Below, piece by piece: positions 33,930 to 37,277 of a stretch of 37,277 nt of DNA. The stretch is from NCBI RefSeq assembly GCF_001194135.2, contig NC_069004.1, forward strand, positions 5,697,220 to 5,734,496, read 5' to 3'. A program made the translations under genes and the position numbers. The stretch is from Octopus bimaculoides (taxonomy: Eukaryota). Within the stretch, counting starts at the first letter, position 1, and every line of letters begins with the position of its first letter. The notes under the pieces are model-generated. The model saw only the letters and a program-made list of their open reading frames with translations, was not told the DNA's origin and searched no databases.

Positions 33930-34928
33930 NNNNNNNNNNNNNNNNNNNNNNNNNNNNNNNNNNNNNNNNNNNNNNNNNNNNNNNNNNNNNNNNNNNNNNN
34001 NNNNNNNNNNNNNNNNNNNNNNNNNNNNNNNNNNNNNNNNNNNNNNNNNNNNNNNNNNNNNNNNNNNNNNNNNNNNNNNNNNNNNNNNNNNNNNNNNNNN
34101 NNNNNNNNNNNNNNNNNNNNNNNNNNNNNNNNNNNNNNNNNNNNNNNNNNNNNNNNNNNNNNNNNNNNNNNNNNNNNNNNNNNNNNNNNNNNNNNNNNNN
34201 NNNNNNNNNNNNNNNNNNNNNNNNNNNNNNNNNNNNNNNNNNNNNNNNNNNNNNNNNNNNNNNNNNNNNNNNNNNNNNNNNNNNNNNNNNNNNNNNNNNN
34301 NNNNNNNNNNNNNNNNNNNNNNNNNNNNNNNNNNNNNNNNNNNNNNNNNNNNNNNNNNNNNNNNNNNNNNNNNNNNNNNNNNNNNNNNNNNNNNNNNNNN
34401 NNNNNNNNNNNNNNNNNNNNNNNNNNNNNNNNNNNNNNNNNNNNNNNNNNNNNNNNNNNNNNNNNNNNNNNNNNNNNNNNNNNNNNNNNNNNNNNNNNNN
34501 NNNNNNNNNNNNNNNNNNNNNNNNNNNNNNNNNNNNNNNNNNNNNNNNNNNNNNNNNNNNNNNNNNNNNNNNNNNNNNNNNNNNNNNNNNNNNNNNNNNN
34601 NNNNNNNNNNNNNNNNNNNNNNNNNNNNNNNNNNNNNNNNNNNNNNNNNNNNNNNNNNNNNNNNNNNNNNNNNNNNNNNNNNNNNNNNNNNNNNNNNNNN
34701 NNNNNNNNNNNNNNNNNNNNNNNNNNNNNNNNNNNNNNNNNNNNNNNNNNNNNNNNNNNNNNNNNNNNNNNNNNNNNNNNNNNNNNNNNNNNNNNNNNNN
34801 NNNNNNNNNNNNNNNNNNNNNNNNNNNNNNNNNNNNNNNNNNNNNNNNNNNNNNNNNNNNNNNNNNNNNNNNNNNNNNNNNNNNNNNNNNNNNNNNNNNN
34901 NNNNNNNNNNNNNNNNNNNNNNNNNNNN
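33930..34928. other. Assembly gap of about 1 kb that may hide the next Rbfox exon
   Basis: N run. Other large gaps: 2418-2676, 4451-4835, 6161-6497, 11917-12236, 18575-18940, 19809-20747, 32421-33085. Confidence 0.99.
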
Positions 34929-35257
34929 TCTTGTACTATAGCCTCGGATCGACCAAAGCCTTGTGAGTGGATTTGGTAGACGGAAACTAAAAGAAGCCCG
35001 TCGTATATATATGTATATATATATATGTATGTGTGTGTGTTTGTGTGTCTGTGTTTGTCCCCCACCACCATTGCTTGACAACCGATGCTGGTGTGTTTAC
35101 ATCCCCGTAACTTAGCGGTTTGGTAAAAGAGACCGATAGAATAAGTACTAGGCTCCCAAAAGAATAAGTCCTGGCATTGATTTTCTCGACTAAAGGCGGT
35201 GCTCCAGCATGGTCGCAGTCAATTGACTGAAACAAGTAAAAGAGTAAAAGAGTAAAC
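34929..35257 (+). mobile_element. SINE family A, well-preserved copy (head lost in the gap)
   Basis: actatagcctcggatcgaccaaagccttgtgagtggatttggtagacggaaac...gtaacttagcgg...ggcggtgctccagcatggtcgcagtc...(gtaaaaga)n tail; many CpGs retained. Confidence 0.9.
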
Positions 35258-35259
35258 AG

Positions 35260-35470
35260 GGTTACATTATACTTTGTAGTCCTTGATAAACTATGTCTGA
35301 AAACAAGGGAGAGAGGGTGGTTATCATAAATGAACCCATGTAGGTAACCTGGGGTTAAACAACAACAAGGGAAGTCTTGAAGTAGTCACTTAACCTGCTA
35401 GATATAACAGCCAACACTCCTAATCTCACCAGAATTGGTACATAGGATTTGGGTAATCCTAGATAAACTA
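35260..35470 (+). mobile_element. Family F repeat fragments (two adjacent pieces)
   Basis: tgtagtccttgataaactatgtctgaaaa...acctggggttaaacaacaacaa, then gtcacttaacctgctagatataacagccaa. Confidence 0.6.
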
Positions 35471-36250
35471 TACCAGGGAAATGAGTGAGGATGGGAATGG
35501 CTGGAATGCTTGGGGTCATCAGGATTGATGTGGAACCGAATAATAATAGCAGTAGCAGTAGCAGTAATAATGGTAAGCTCCTTCTCCTTGAGATCCGAGT
35601 TCAAATCCCTTGGTGGTCAGTAAGACCACCACCATCTCTTCTTCCTTTCCTTCCTCCTCATCCTTGGGTTCCTATGCTTCCTCTTCCTCATTTTCTTCAT
35701 CCCTCCTCTTCTCTGTCTCTTCCTCCTTTACCAAAACACATCTGTACCCTTGGTTCTGGGTAGAAAAGAGCAATAGGCATGCTAGAAATAGAAAGGACTT
35801 GTTCATTCGCTGAAGTGCCGAATGAAAGAGAGGAGAGAGAGCTGCTCTTTTGGCAATGTGCTGGACGAGAGAGGAAGAATTCGACTTAGTGTTCTGTATT
35901 TATACAGAGTGGAAAGCTGGAGAACCATGAAGGTGACCTGGTTTATATATATTGAACTGAATTTAACCGAAAATGTTAAGGAAAACAATAGAGATTACCA
36001 AAGTATGACAGTTGATTCTCATAAATCTCTAAGTGCTAATGCAAAAAACAATAGAATGAAGCTTATAGAAAAATTCTACACTAAGTTTTTGGTTCTCGGC
36101 TCAAAACCCAGCACACAAACTGTTTCGTCCTCCCTATTTTTAATAAGGAAAGAGAAGATTGATTTACCAAAAGCTGAGTACGTGGGTCTAAGTTCATGGA
36201 TTCTGCTTTTGTCAGTTAATCATTCAGATCCAGAGGTAACTGTTATCTAA

Positions 36251-36369
36251 TCGACCTTGCCTTTCATCTTTTCGGGGTCGATAAATTAGTACCAGTGAAA
36301 TTCTTGGGTCAATGTAATCGACTAGTCCCCTCTTTCAAAACTTCAGGCCTTGTGCCTATAATAGAAAGG

Positions 36370-36409
<40 letters not shown>
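36251..36409 (+). mobile_element. SINE family D 3' half with (ATT)n tail
   Basis: tcgaccttgcctttcatcttttcggggtcgataaattagtaccag...gtaatcgactagtcccc...caggccttgtgcctataatagaaagg(ATT)n. Confidence 0.85.
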
Positions 36410-36410
<1 letters not shown>

Positions 36411-36680
36411 GGTGTCAAGTTAGCAAAACCATTATTAGAACCTTTATACTAGCCCCTTACCATTATATTTTGTCTTCCTCTCTGAGATTACTTAGATTGT
36501 TCCTGATTTATTTTTTATTTTACATTATTCTGATTCCAAATCTTACCAAAGTTGGGGTGGGCATGGGGTCAGGTTACATTTTACAATTCTATATCTTTCT
36601 TATTTCCACACCCTGCCTTGTGTATTTGATAATGTCTGTGTATGCGTATGTACATGCGTATATATTTGTTAATGTTTGTG

Positions 36681-36723
<43 letters not shown>

Positions 36724-37277
36724 TAACATCTCTGTATGCGTATATGTTAGTTAACATTTGTGTATGCATATATCCTTGTTGCTGTTCGTGTATGCGTATA
36801 TATTTGTTAACGTTCATGTATGCATATATATGTCTATGTGTAAATATTTGTAAGTTTCTGTGCGTTGTGTTTGTCATAGAATACATACACACATCCCTGG
36901 TTACATATATATGTTTGGGTAGAACCTAGAACATGGTTGGTATGCGCTGGTCTTCCTTCACTGTAGTTCGTCCATGACAGAATTCAGTAACACTTATGAT
37001 TGAGAATGAGGAATTTTAATGTTTCCAGCTCTTATTCTTCATAAGAATATGAAGAAGAGAGAAGGAGGTGCCATGGTCGCACAAGCTATGGATCAATAAA
37101 CACGCCTTAGTACCAACACCCCTTTCTCGGTCCTCTTCACTCTCAGAAGAAGAATAAAGGAACCAAACTGTTAGATCTTAGACTCCTTAAACTGGATATG
37201 TTTGTCATATGAAACCCAGTGGATTTTCATTGATGAGTTCATGAACATTGGTTCTTTTCCCTAAAACTATATATATA

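Noticed and set aside
35822-36250. 142-aa ORF MKERRESCSFGNV...
   Set aside because: No recognisable domain or splice structure, and no match to Rbfox C-terminal sequence.
2115-36929. Long ORFs in the track (YIYIY, HTHTH, VCVCV, LSLSL, poly-X)
   Set aside because: They are translations of (TA)n, (CA)n and (CT)n microsatellites or N gaps, with no domain content.

Overview
Eukaryotic, AT-rich, microsatellite-dense DNA with many N gaps. The repeat content (tRNA-headed SINEs, abundant (CA)n/(TA)n/(CT)n) looks like an octopus genome; this is inferred from recalled repeat sequences, not from a search. Almost every ORF in the six-frame track is a microsatellite or N-gap artefact. One coding exon is well supported: 30431-30577 (+), a 147-nt phase 0-0 exon encoding the N-terminal part of the RRM of an Rbfox/Fox-1 RNA-binding protein (PKRLHVSNIPFRFR). 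The rest of the window is probably intron of this large gene, filled with several SINE-like families, a TTAA-type MITE, a probable LINE 3' remnant and degenerate minisatellites. Top leads: (1) a tRNA-headed short element at 24024-24267 (-), bounded by a target-site duplication, that carries a minimal Penelope-type hammerhead ribozyme core; (2) five Rbfox binding motifs (TGCATG) within 40 nt in the intron downstream of the RRM exon, followed by a long pyrimidine tract and an orphan strong splice donor, suggesting autoregulatory splicing.
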